From the human T2T-CHM13v2.0 reference genome, Homo sapiens, in assembly GCF_009914755.1 (NCBI RefSeq), contig NC_060926.1: 64,000 nt of DNA; one strand, written 5' to 3'. A program made the translations under genes and the position numbers. Of the stretch, positions 53,419-64,000 are shown in pieces (the first letter of the stretch is position 1; each line of letters begins with the position of its first letter). The notes under the pieces were generated by a model. It searched no databases. It saw only the letters and a program-made list of their open reading frames with translations, and had not been told where the DNA came from.

Positions 53419-56400
53419 TTACATATAAAAAGCAGACAGCAGCATTCCCAGTAACTTCTTTGTGACGTTTGCATTCAAGTCACAGAGTTGAACATTCCCT
53501 TTCATAGAGCAGGTTTGAAACACTCTTTTTGTAGTATCTGGATGTGGACATTTGGAGCGCTTTCAGGCCTATGGTGAAAAAGGAAATATCTTCCCCTGAA
53601 AACTAGACAGAAGAATTCTCAGAATCTTATTTGTGATGTGCGCCATCAACTAACAGTGTTGAAGCTTTCTTTTGATAGAGCAGTTTTGAAACACTCTTTT
53701 TGTAAAATCTGCAAGAGGATATTTGGATAGCTTTGAGGATTTCGTTGGAAACGGGATTGTCTTCATATAAACTCTAGACAGAAGCATTCTCAGAAGCGTC
53801 ATTGGGATGTTTCAATTGAAGTCACAGTGCTGAACATTCCCTTTCATAGACCAGGTTTGAAACACTCTTTTTGTAGTATCTGGATGTGGACATTTGGAGC
53901 GCTTTCAGGCCTATGGTTTAAAAGGAAATATCTTCCCCTGAAAACTAGACAGAAGCATTCTCAGAAACTTATTTGTGATGTGCGCCCTCAACTAACAGTG
54001 TTGAAGCATTCTTTTGATAGAGCAGTTTTGAAACACTCTTTTTGTGGAATCTGCAAGTGGATATTTGTCTAGCTTTGAGGATTTCGTTGGAAACGGGATT
54101 ACATATAAAAAGCAGACAGCAGCATTCCCAGTAACTTCTTTGTGATGTTTGCATTCAAGTCAGAGAGTTGAACATTCCCTTTCATAGAGCAGGTTTGAAA
54201 CACTCTTTTTGAAGTATCTGGTTGTGGACATTTGGAGCGCTTTCTGGCCTATGGTGAAAAAGGAAATATCTTCCCCTGAAAACTAGACAGAAGCATTCTC
54301 AGAAACTTATTTGTGATGTGCGCCCTCAACTAACAGTGTTGAACCTTTCTTTTGATAGAGCAGTTTTGAAACACTCTTTTTGTAATATCTGCAAGAGGAT
54401 ATTTGGATAGCTTTGAGGATTTCGTTGGAAACGGGATTGTCTTCATATAAACTCTAGACAGAAGCATTCTCAGAAGCTTCATTGGGATGTTTCAATTGAA
54501 GTCACAGTGTTGAACAGTCCCTTTCATAGAGCAGGTTTGAAACACTCTTTTTGTAGTATCTGGAAGTGGACATTTGGAGCGCTCTCAGGACTACGATGAT
54601 AAAGGAAATATCTTCCAATAAAAGCTAGATAGAAGCAATGTCAGAAACTTTTTCATGATGTATCTACTCAGCTAACAGAGTTGAACCTTTCTTTTGAGAG
54701 AGCAGTTTTGAAACACTCTTTTTGTGGAATCTGCAAGTGGATATTTGTCTAGCTTTGAGGATTTCGTTGGAAACGGGATTACATATAAAAAGCAGACAGC
54801 AGCATTCCCAGAATCTTCTTTGTGATGTTTGCATTCAAGTCACAGAGTTGAACATTCCCTTTCATAGAGCAGGTTTGAAACACTCTTTTTGTAGTATCTG
54901 GATGTGGACATTTGGAGCGCTTTCAGGCCTATGGTGAAAAAGGAAATATCTTCCCCTGAAAACTAGACAGAAGCATTCTCAGAATCTTATTTGTGATGTG
55001 CGCCCTCAACTAACAGTGTTGAAGCTTTCTTTTGATAGAGCAGTTTTGAAACACTCTTTTTGTAAAATCTGCAAGAGGATATTTGGATAGCTTTGAGGAT
55101 TTCGTTGGAAACGGGATTGTCTTCATATAAACTCTAGACAGAAGCATTCTCAGAAGCTTCATTGGGATGTTTCAATTGAAGTCACAGTGTTGAACAGTCC
55201 CTTTCATAGAGCAGGTTTGAAACACTCTTTTTGTAGTATCTGGAAGTGGACATTTGGAGCGCTCTCAGGACTGCGGTGAAAAAGGAAATATCTTCCAATA
55301 AAAGCTAGATAGAAGCAATGTCAGAAACTTTTTCATGATGTATCTACTCAGCTAACAGAGTTGAACCTTCATTTGAGAGAGCAGTTTTGAAACACTCGTT
55401 TTGTGGAATCTGCAAGTGGATATTTGTCTAGCTTTGAGGATTTCGTTGGAAACGGGATTACATATAAAAAGCAGACAGCAGCATTCCCAGAAACTTCTTT
55501 GTGATGTTTGCATTCAAGTCACAGAGTTGAACATTCCCTTTCATAGAGCAGGTTTGAAACACTCTTTTTGTAGTATCTGGATGTGTACATTTGCAGCGCT
55601 TTCAGGCCTAAGGTGAAAAAGGAAATATCTTCCCCTGAAAACTAGACAGAAGCATTCTCAGAAACTTATTTGTGATGTGCGCCCTCAACTAACAGTGTTC
55701 AAGCTTTCTTTTGATAGAGCAGTTTTGAAACACTCTTTTTGTAATATCTGCAAGAGGATATTTGGATAGCTTTGAGGATTTCGTTGGAAACGGGTTTGTC
55801 TTCATATAAATTCTAGACAGAAGCATTCTCAGAAGCTTCATTGGGATGTTTCAATTGAAGTCACAGTGTTGAACAGTTCCTTTCATAGAACAGGTTTGAA
55901 ACACTCTTTTTGTAGTATCTGGAAGTGGACATTTGGAGCGCTCTCAGGACTATGGTGAAAAAGGAAATATCTTCCAATAAAAGCTACATAGAAGCAATGT
56001 CAGAAACTTTTTCATGATGTATCTACTCAGCTAACAGAGTTGAACCTTTCCTTTGAGAGAGCAGTTTTGAAACACTCTTTTTGTGGAATCTGCAAGTGGA
56101 TATTTGTCTAGCTTTGAGGATTTCGTTGGAAACGGGATTACATATAAAAAGCAGACAGCAGCATTCCCAGTAACTTCTTTGTGATGTTTGCATTCAAGTC
56201 ACAGAGTTGAATATTCCCTTTCATAGAGCAGGTTTGAAACACTCTTTTTGTAGTATCTGGATGTGGACATTTGGAGCGCTTTCAGGCCTATGGTGAAAAA
56301 GGAAATATCTTCCCCTGAAAACTAGACAGAAGCATTCTCAGAAACTTATTTGTGATGTGTGCCCTCAACTAACAGTGTTGAACCTTTCTTTTGATAGAGC

Positions 56401-59400
56401 AGTTTTGAAACACTCTTTTTGTAATATCTGCAAGAGGATATTTGGATAGCTTTGAGGATTTCGTTGGAAACGGGATTACATATAAAAAGCAGACAGCAGC
56501 ATTCCCAGAAACTTCTTTGTGATGTTTGCATTCAAGTCACAGAGTTGAACATTCCCTTTCATAGAGCAGGTTTGAAACACTCTTTTTGTAGTATCTGGAT
56601 GTGGACATTTGCAGCGCTTTCAGGCCTAAGGTGAAAAAGGAAATATCTTCCCCTGAAAACTAGACAGAAGCATTCTCAGAAACTTATTTGTGATGTGCGC
56701 CCTCAACTAACAGTGTTGAAGCTTTCTTTTGATACAGCAGTTTTGAAACACTCTTTTTGTAAAATCTGCAAGAGGATATTTGGATAGCTTTGAGGATTTC
56801 GTTGGAAACGGGATTGTCTTCATATAAACTCTAGACAGAAGCATTCTCAGAAGCTTCATTGGGATGTTTCAATTGAAGTCACAGTGTTGAACAGTCCCTT
56901 TCATAGAGCAGGTTTGAAACACTCTTTTTGTAGTATCTGGATGTGGACATTTGGAGCGCTTTCAGGCCTATGGTTTAAAAGGAAATATCTTCCCCTGAAA
57001 ACTAGACAGAAGCATTCTCAGAAACTTATTTGTGATGTGCGCCCTCAACTAACAGTGTTGAAGCATTCTTTTGATAGAGCAGTTTTGAAACACTCTTTTT
57101 GTGGAATCTGCAAGTGGATATTTGTCTAGCTTTGAGGATTTCGTTGGAAACGGGATTAATTATAAAAAGCAGACAGCAGCATTCCCAGAATCTTGTTTGT
57201 GATGTTTGCATTCAAGTCACAGAGTTGAACATTCCCTTTCAGAGAGCAGGTTTGAAACACTCTTTTTATAGTATCTGGATGTGGACATTTGGAGCGCTTT
57301 CAGGCCTATGATGAAAAAGGAAATATCTTCTCCTGAAAACTAGACAGAAGCATTCTCAGAATCTTATTTGTGATGTGCGCCCTCAACTAAGAGTGTTGAA
57401 GCTTTCTTTTGATAAAGCAGTTTTGAAACACTCTTTTCGTAAAATCTGCAAGAGGATATTTGGATAGCTTTGAGGATTTCGTTGGAAACGGGATTGTCTT
57501 CATATAAACTCTAGACAGAAGCATTCTCAGAAGCTTCATTGGGATGTTTCAATTGAAGTCACAGTGTTGAACAGTCCCTTTCATAGAGCAGGTTTGAAAC
57601 ACTCTTTTTGTAGTATCTGGAAGTGGACATTTGGAGAGATCTCAGGAATACGGTGATAAAGGTAATATCTTCCAATAAAAGCTAGATAGAAGCAATGTCA
57701 GAAACTTTTTCATGATGTATCTACTCAGCTAACAGAGTTGAACCTTTCTTTTGAGAGAGCAGTTTTGAAACACTCTTTTTGTGGAATCTGCAAGTGGATA
57801 TTTGTCTAGCTTTGAGGATTTCGTTGGAAACGGGATTACATATAAAAAGCAGACAGCAGCATTCCCAGTAACTTCTTTGTGATGTTTGCATTCAAGTCAC
57901 AGAGTTGAACATTCCCTTTCATAGAGCAGGTTTGAAACACTTTTTTTGTAGTATCTGGATGTGGACATTTGGAGCGCTTTCAGGCCTATGGTGAAAAAGG
58001 AAATATCTTCCAATAAAAGCTACATAGAAGCAATGTCAGAAACTTTTTCATGATGTATCTACTCAGCTAACAGAGTTGAACCTTTCTTTTGAGAGAGCAG
58101 TTTTGAAACACTCTTTTTGTAAAATCTGCAAGAGGATATTTGGATAGCTTTGAGGATTTCGTTGGAAACGGGATTGTCTTCATATAAACTCTAGACAGAA
58201 GCATTCTCAGAAGCGTCATTGGGATGTTTCAATTGAAGTCACAGTGTTGAACAGTCCCTTTCATAGAGCAGGTTTGAAACACTCTTTTTGTAGTATCTGG
58301 ATGTGGACATTTGGAGCGCTTTCAGGCCTATGGTTTAAAAGGAAATATCTTCCCCTGAAAACTAGACAGAAGCATTCTCAGAAACTTATTTGTGATGTGC
58401 GCCTTCAACTAACAGTGTTGAAGCATTCTTTTGATAGAGCAGTTTTGAAACACTCTTTTTGTGGAATCTGCAAGTGGATATTTGTCTAGCTTTGAGGATT
58501 TCGTTGGAAACGGGATTACATATAAAAAGCAGACAGCAGCATTCCCAGAAACTTCTTTGTGATGTTTGCATTCAAGTCAGAGAGTTGAACATTCCCTTTC
58601 ATAGAGCAGGTTTGAAACACTCTTTTTGTAGTATCTGGATGTGGACATTTGGAGCGCTTTCAGCCCTATGGTGAAAAAGGAAATATCTTCCCCTGAAAAC
58701 TAGACAGAAGCATTCTCAGAATCTTATTTGTGATGTGCGCCCTCAACTAACAGTGTTGAAGCTTTCTTTTGATAGAGCAGTTTTGAAACACTCTTTTTGT
58801 AAAATCTGCAAGAGGATATTTGGATAGCTTTGAGGATTTCGTTGGAAACGGGATTGTCTTCATATAAACTCTAGACAGAAGCATTCTCAGAAGCTTCATT
58901 GGGATGTTTCAATTGAAGTCACAGTCTTGAACAGTCCCTTTCATAGAGCAGGTTTGAAACACTCTTTTTGTAGTATCTGGAAGTGGACATTTGGAGCGCT
59001 CTCAGGACTGCGGTGAAAAAGGAACTATCTTCCAATAAAAGCTAGATAGAAGCAATGTCAGAAACTTTTTCATGATGTATCTACTCAGCTAACAGAGTTG
59101 AACCTTCCTTTGAGAGAGCAGTTTTGAAACACTCTTTTTGTGGAATCTGCAAGTGGATATTTGTCTAGCTTTGAGGATTTCGTTGGAAACGGGATTACAT
59201 ATAAAAAGCAGACAGCAGCATTCCCAGAAACTTCTTTGTGATGTTTGCATTCAAGTCACAGAGTTGAACATTCCCTTTCATAGAGCAGGTTTGAAACACT
59301 CTTTTTGTAGTATCTGGATGTGGACATTTGGAGCGCTTTCAGGCCTAAGGTGAAAAAGGAAATATCTTCCCCTGAAAACTAGACAGAAGCATTCTCAGAA

Positions 59401-62400
59401 ACTTATTTGTGATGTGCGCCCTCAACTAACAGTGTTGAACCTTTCTTTTGATAGAGCAGTTTTGAAACACTCTTTTTGTAATATCTGCAAGAGGATATTT
59501 GGATAGCTTTGAGGATTTCGTTGGAAACGGGATTGTCTTCATATAAACTCTAGACAGAAGCATTCTCAGAAGCTTCATTGGGATGTTTCAATTGAAGTCA
59601 CAGTGTTGAACAGTTCCTTTCATAGAACAGGTTTGAAACACTCTTTTTGTAGTATCTGGAAGTGGACATTTGGAGCGCTCTCAGGACTAGGGTGAAAAAG
59701 GAAATATCTTCCAATAAAAGCTAGATAGAAGCAATGTCAGAAACTTTTTCATGATGTATCTACTCAGCTAACAGAGTTGAACCTTTCCTTTGAGAGAGCA
59801 GTTTTGAAACACTCTTTTTGTGGAATCTGCAAGTGGATATTTGTCTAGCTTTGAGGATTTCGTTGGAAACGGGATTACATATAAAAAGCAGACAGCAGCA
59901 TTCCCAGTAACTTCTTTGTGATGTTTGCATTCAAGTCACAGAGTTGAACATTCCCTTTCATAGAGCAGGTTTGAAACACTCTTTTTGTAGTATCTGGATG
60001 TGGACATTTGGAGCGCTTTCAGGCCTATGGTGAAAAAGGAAATATATTCCCCTGAAAACTAGACAGAAGCATTCTCAGAAACTTATTTGTGATGTGCGCC
60101 CTCAACTAACAGTGTTGAACCTTTCTTTTGATAGAGCAGTTTTGAAACACTCTTTTTGTAATATCTGCAAGACGATATTTGGATAGCTTTGAGGATTTCG
60201 TTGGAAACGGGATTACATATAAAAAGCAGACAGCAGCATTCCCAGAATCTTGTTTGTGATGTTTGCATTCAAGTCACAGAGTTGAACATTCCCTTTCAGA
60301 GAGCAGGTTTGAAACACTCTTTTTATAGTGTCTGGATGTGGACATTTGGAGCGCTTTCAGGCCTATGGTGAAAAAGGAAATATCTTCTCCTGTAAACTAG
60401 ACAGAAGCATTCTCAGAAACTTATTTGTGATGTGCGCCCTCAACTAACAGTGTTGAAGCTTTCTTTTGATAGAGCAGTTTTGAAACACTCTTTTTGTAAA
60501 ATCTCCAAGAGGATATTTGGATAGCTTTGAGGATTTCGTTGGAAACGGGATTGTCTTCATATAAACTCTAGACAGAAGCATTCTCAGAAGCTTCATTGGG
60601 ATGTTTCAATTGAAGTCACAGTGTTGAACAGTCCCTTTCATAGAGCAGGTTTGAAACACTCTTTTTGTAGTATCTGGAAGTGGACATTTGGAACGCTCTC
60701 AGGACTGCGGTGAAAAAGGAAATATCTTCCAATAAAAGCTAGATAGAAGCAATGTCAGAAACTTTTTCATGATGTATCTACTCAGCTAACAGAGTTGAAC
60801 CTTTCTTTTGAGAGAGCAGTTTTGAAACACTCTTTTTGTGGAATCTGCAAGTGGATATTAGTCTAGCTTTGAGGATTTCGTTGGAAACGGGATTACATAT
60901 AAAAAGCAGACAGCAGCATTCCCAGTAACTTCTTTGTGATGTTTGCATTCAAGTCACAGAGTTGAACATTCCCTTTCATAGAGCAGGTTTGAAACACTTT
61001 TTTTGTAGTATCTGGATGTGGATATTTGGAGCGCTTTCAGGCCTATGGTGAAAAAGGAAATATCTTCCAATAAAAGCTACATAGAAGCAATGTCAGAAAC
61101 TTTTTCATGATGTATCTACTCAGCTAACAGAGTTGAACCTTTCTTTTGAGAGAGCAGTTTTGAAACACTCTTTTTGTGTAATCTGAAAGTGGATATTTGT
61201 CTAGCTTTGAGGATTTCGTTGGAAACGGGATTACATATAAAAAGCAGACAGCAGCATTCCCAGTAACTTCTTTGTGATGTTTGCATTCAAGTCACAGAGT
61301 TGAACATTCCCTTTCAGAGAGCAGGTTTGAAACACTCTTTTTGTAGTATCTGGATGTGGACATTTGGAGCGCTTTCAGGCCTATTGTGAAAAAGGAAATA
61401 TCTTCCCCTGAAAACTAGACAGAAGAATTCTCAGAATCTTATTTGTGATGTGCGCCCTCAACTAACAGTGTTGAAGCTTTCTTTTGATAGAGCAGTTTTG
61501 AAACACTCTTTTTGTAAAATCTGCAAGAGGATATTTGGATAGCTTTGAGGATTTCGTTGGAAACGGGATTGTCTTCATATAAACTCTACACAGAAGCATT
61601 CTCAGAAGCGTCATTGGGATGTTTCAATTGAAGTCACAGTGTTGAACAGTCCCTTTCATAGAGCAGGTTTGAAACACTCTTTTTGTAGTATCTGGATGTG
61701 GACATTTGGAGCGCTTTCAGGCCTATGGTTTAAAAGGAAATATCTTCCCCTGAAAACTAGACAGAAGCATTCTCAGAAACTTATTTGTGATGTGCGCCTT
61801 CAACTAACAGTGTTGAAGCATTCTTTTGATAGAGCAGTTTTGAAACACTCTTTTTGTGGAATCTGCAAGTGGATGGATATTTGTCTAGCTTTGAGGATTT
61901 CGTTGGAAACGGGATTACATATAAAAAGCAGACAGCAGCATTCCCAGAAACTTCTTTGTGATGTTTGCATTCAAGTCACAGAGTTGAACATTCCCTTTCA
62001 GAGAGCAGGTTTGAAACACTCTTTTTGTAGTATCTGGATGTGGACATTTGGAGCGCTTTCAGGCCTATGGTGAAAAAGGAAATATCTTCCCCTGAAAACT
62101 AGACAGAAGCATTCTCAGAATCTTATTTGTGATGTGCGCCCTCAACTAACAGTGTTGAAGCTTTCTTTTGATAGAGCAGTTTTGAAACACTCTTTTTGTA
62201 AAATCTGCAAGAGGATATTTGGAAAGCTTTGAGGATTTCGTTGGAAACGGGATTGTCTTCATATAAACTCTAGACAGAAGCATTCTCAGAAGCTTCATTG
62301 GCATGTTTCAATTGAAGTCACAGTGTTGAACAGTCCCTTTCATAGAGCAGGTTTGAAACACTCTTTTTGTAGTATCTGGAAGTGGACATTTGGAGCGCTC

Positions 62401-64000
62401 TCAGGACTACGGTGAAAAAGGAAATATCTTCCAATAAAAGCTAGACAGAAGCAATGTCAGAAACTTTTTCATGATGTATCTACTCAGCTAACAGAGTTGA
62501 ACCTTCCTTTGAGAGAGCAGTTTTGAAACACTCTTTTTGTGGAATCTGCAAGTGGATATTTGTCTAGCTTTGAGGATTTCGTTGGAAACGGGATTGTCTT
62601 CATATAAACTCTAGACAGAAGCATTCTCAGAAGCTTCATTGGGATGTTTCAATTGAAGTCACAGTGTTGAACAGTTCGTTTCATAGAACAGGTTTGAAAC
62701 ACTCTTTTTGTAGTATCTGGAAGTGGACATTTGGAGCGCTCTCAGTACTACGGTGAAAAAGGAAATATCTTCCAATAAAAGCTACATAGAAGCAATGTCA
62801 GAAACTTTTTCATGATGTATCTACTCAGCTAACAGAGTTGAACCTTTCCTTTGAGAGAGCAGTTTTGAAACACTCTTTTTGTGGAATCTGCAAGTGGATA
62901 TTTGTCTAGCTTTGAGGATTTCGTTGGAAACGGGATTACATATAAAAAGCAGACAGCAGCATTCCCAGTAACTTCTTTGTGATGTTTGCATTCAAGTCAC
63001 AGAGTTGAACATTCCCTTTCATAGAGCAGGTTTGAAACACTCTTTTTGTAGTATCTGGATGTGGACATTTGGAGCGCTTTCAGGCCTATGGTGAAAAAGG
63101 AAATATCTTCCCCTGAAAACTAGACAGAAGCATTCTCAGAAACTTATTTGTGATGTGCGCCCTCAACTAACAGTGTTGAAGCTTTCTTTTGATAGAGCAG
63201 TTTTGAAACACTCTTTTTGTAATATCTGCAAGAGGATATTTGGATAGCTTTGAGGATTTCGTTGGAAACGGGATTGTCTTCATATAAACTCTAGACAAAA
63301 GCATTCTCAGAAGCTTCATTGGGATGTTTCAATTGAAGTCACAGTGTTGAACAGTTCCTTTCATAGAACAGGTTTGAAACACTCTTTTTGTAGTATCTGG
63401 AAGTGGACATTTGGAGCGCTCTCAGGACTATGGTGAAAAAGGAAATATCTTCCAATAAAAGCTACATAGAAGCAATGTCAGAAACTTTTTCATGATGTAT
63501 CTACTCAGCTAACAGAGTTGAACCTTTCCTTTGAGAGAGCAGTTTTGAAACACTCTTTTTGTGGAATCTGCAAGTGGATATTTGTCTAGCTTTGAGGATT
63601 TCGTTGGAAACGGGATTACATATAAAAAGCAGACAGCAGCATTCCCAGTAACTTCTTTGTGATGTTTGCATTCAAGTCACAGAGTTGAACATTCCCTTTC
63701 ATAGAGCAGGTTTGAAACACTCTTTTTGTAGTATCTGGATGTGGACATTTGGAGCGCTTTCAGGCCTATGGTGAAAAAGGATATATCTTCCCCTGAAAAC
63801 TAGACAGAAGCATTCTCAGAAACTTATTTGTGATGTGCGCCCTCAACTAACAGTGTTGAACCTTTCTTTTGATAGAGCAGTTTTGAAACACTCTTTTTGT
63901 AATATCTGCAAGAGGATATTTGGATAGCTTTGAGGATTTCGTTGGAAACGGGATTACATATAAAAAGCAGACAGCAGCATTCCCAGAATCTTGTTTGTGA

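Larger units (their letters stand above)
42600..63100 (+). repeat. Further macro-repeat copy with 10535/11214-bp offset (~42600-51900 matches ~53140-63100)
   Basis: The offset is 10535 for EcoRI 43078/53613 and ORF pairs 43292/53827 through 47709/58244. It becomes 11214 after one extra 679-bp unit (EcoRI 50211/61425; TGGA duplication 50656/61870). Confidence 0.85.
1..64000 (+). repeat. Centromeric alpha-satellite (alphoid) higher-order repeat array, dimeric SF2-like, basic 680-bp 4-mer; probably human chr2 D2Z1 live array
   Basis: Head-to-tail ~171-bp monomers run through the whole window with alphoid hallmarks (CATTCTCAGAAAC, GAGCAGTTTTGAAACACTCTTTTTGT, GAGTTGAAC). CENP-B boxes lie at 68, 406, 748 and onward; XbaI TCTAGA recurs at 439, 1119, 1799, 2479 (680-bp period). 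The alpha-satellite identity is certain. The chromosome assignment is an inference from the 680-bp XbaI 4-mer known for D2Z1 (about 0.7). Confidence 0.99.

Noticed and set aside
28-62073. More than 100 short ORFs of 60-94 aa on both strands (MWNLQVDICL..., MLNSPFHRAG..., MQTSQ..., MEDISFF...)
   Set aside because: They are translations of the satellite that recur with the repeat period. Many start at TTG/GTG, they open and close with single SNVs, and they show no recognisable domain or gene structure.
1-64000. L1/Alu insertion, inversion, or transition to monomeric alpha satellite or another satellite
   Set aside because: No non-alphoid sequence, poly-A tail or strand switch was seen on reading through the window.
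1-64000. Definitive assignment to a chromosome, individual or species
   Set aside because: The 680-bp XbaI 4-mer points to human D2Z1, but closely related SF2 arrays and great-ape homologues need an alignment or HMM search to exclude.

Overview
The whole 64 kb is one uninterrupted, single-orientation array of primate (almost certainly human) centromeric alpha-satellite DNA. It is built from ~171-bp monomers, about 376 in the window. A CENP-B box (TTTCGTTGGAAACGGGA) sits in every second monomer, mostly at 338/342-bp spacing, and a pJ-alpha-type site (CTAYGGTGAAAAAGGAA and variants) occupies the same position in the other monomers. This is a dimeric higher-order repeat (HOR) of the live type. 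The basic unit is a 680-bp 4-mer, labelled here A-B-C-D, with one XbaI site per unit. This best fits the suprachromosomal family 2 (SF2) array D2Z1 of human chromosome 2; the related D18Z1/D20Z2 arrays are not excluded without alignment. I found no genes, RNA genes, transposon insertions, inversions or CRISPR arrays, and all listed ORFs are satellite artefacts. The informative signal is the variant structure on top of the 4-mer: hybrid monomers, 6-mer and 8-mer variants, and a variable-length macro-repeat (marker spacings 10529, 11209, 8154, 8151, 10535 bp). There are also recent multi-kb tandem duplications, one with its junction mapping to a CENP-B-box interval, and near-invariant CENP-B boxes alongside highly variable pJ-alpha sites. 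I see no evidence for a novel protein-coding system.
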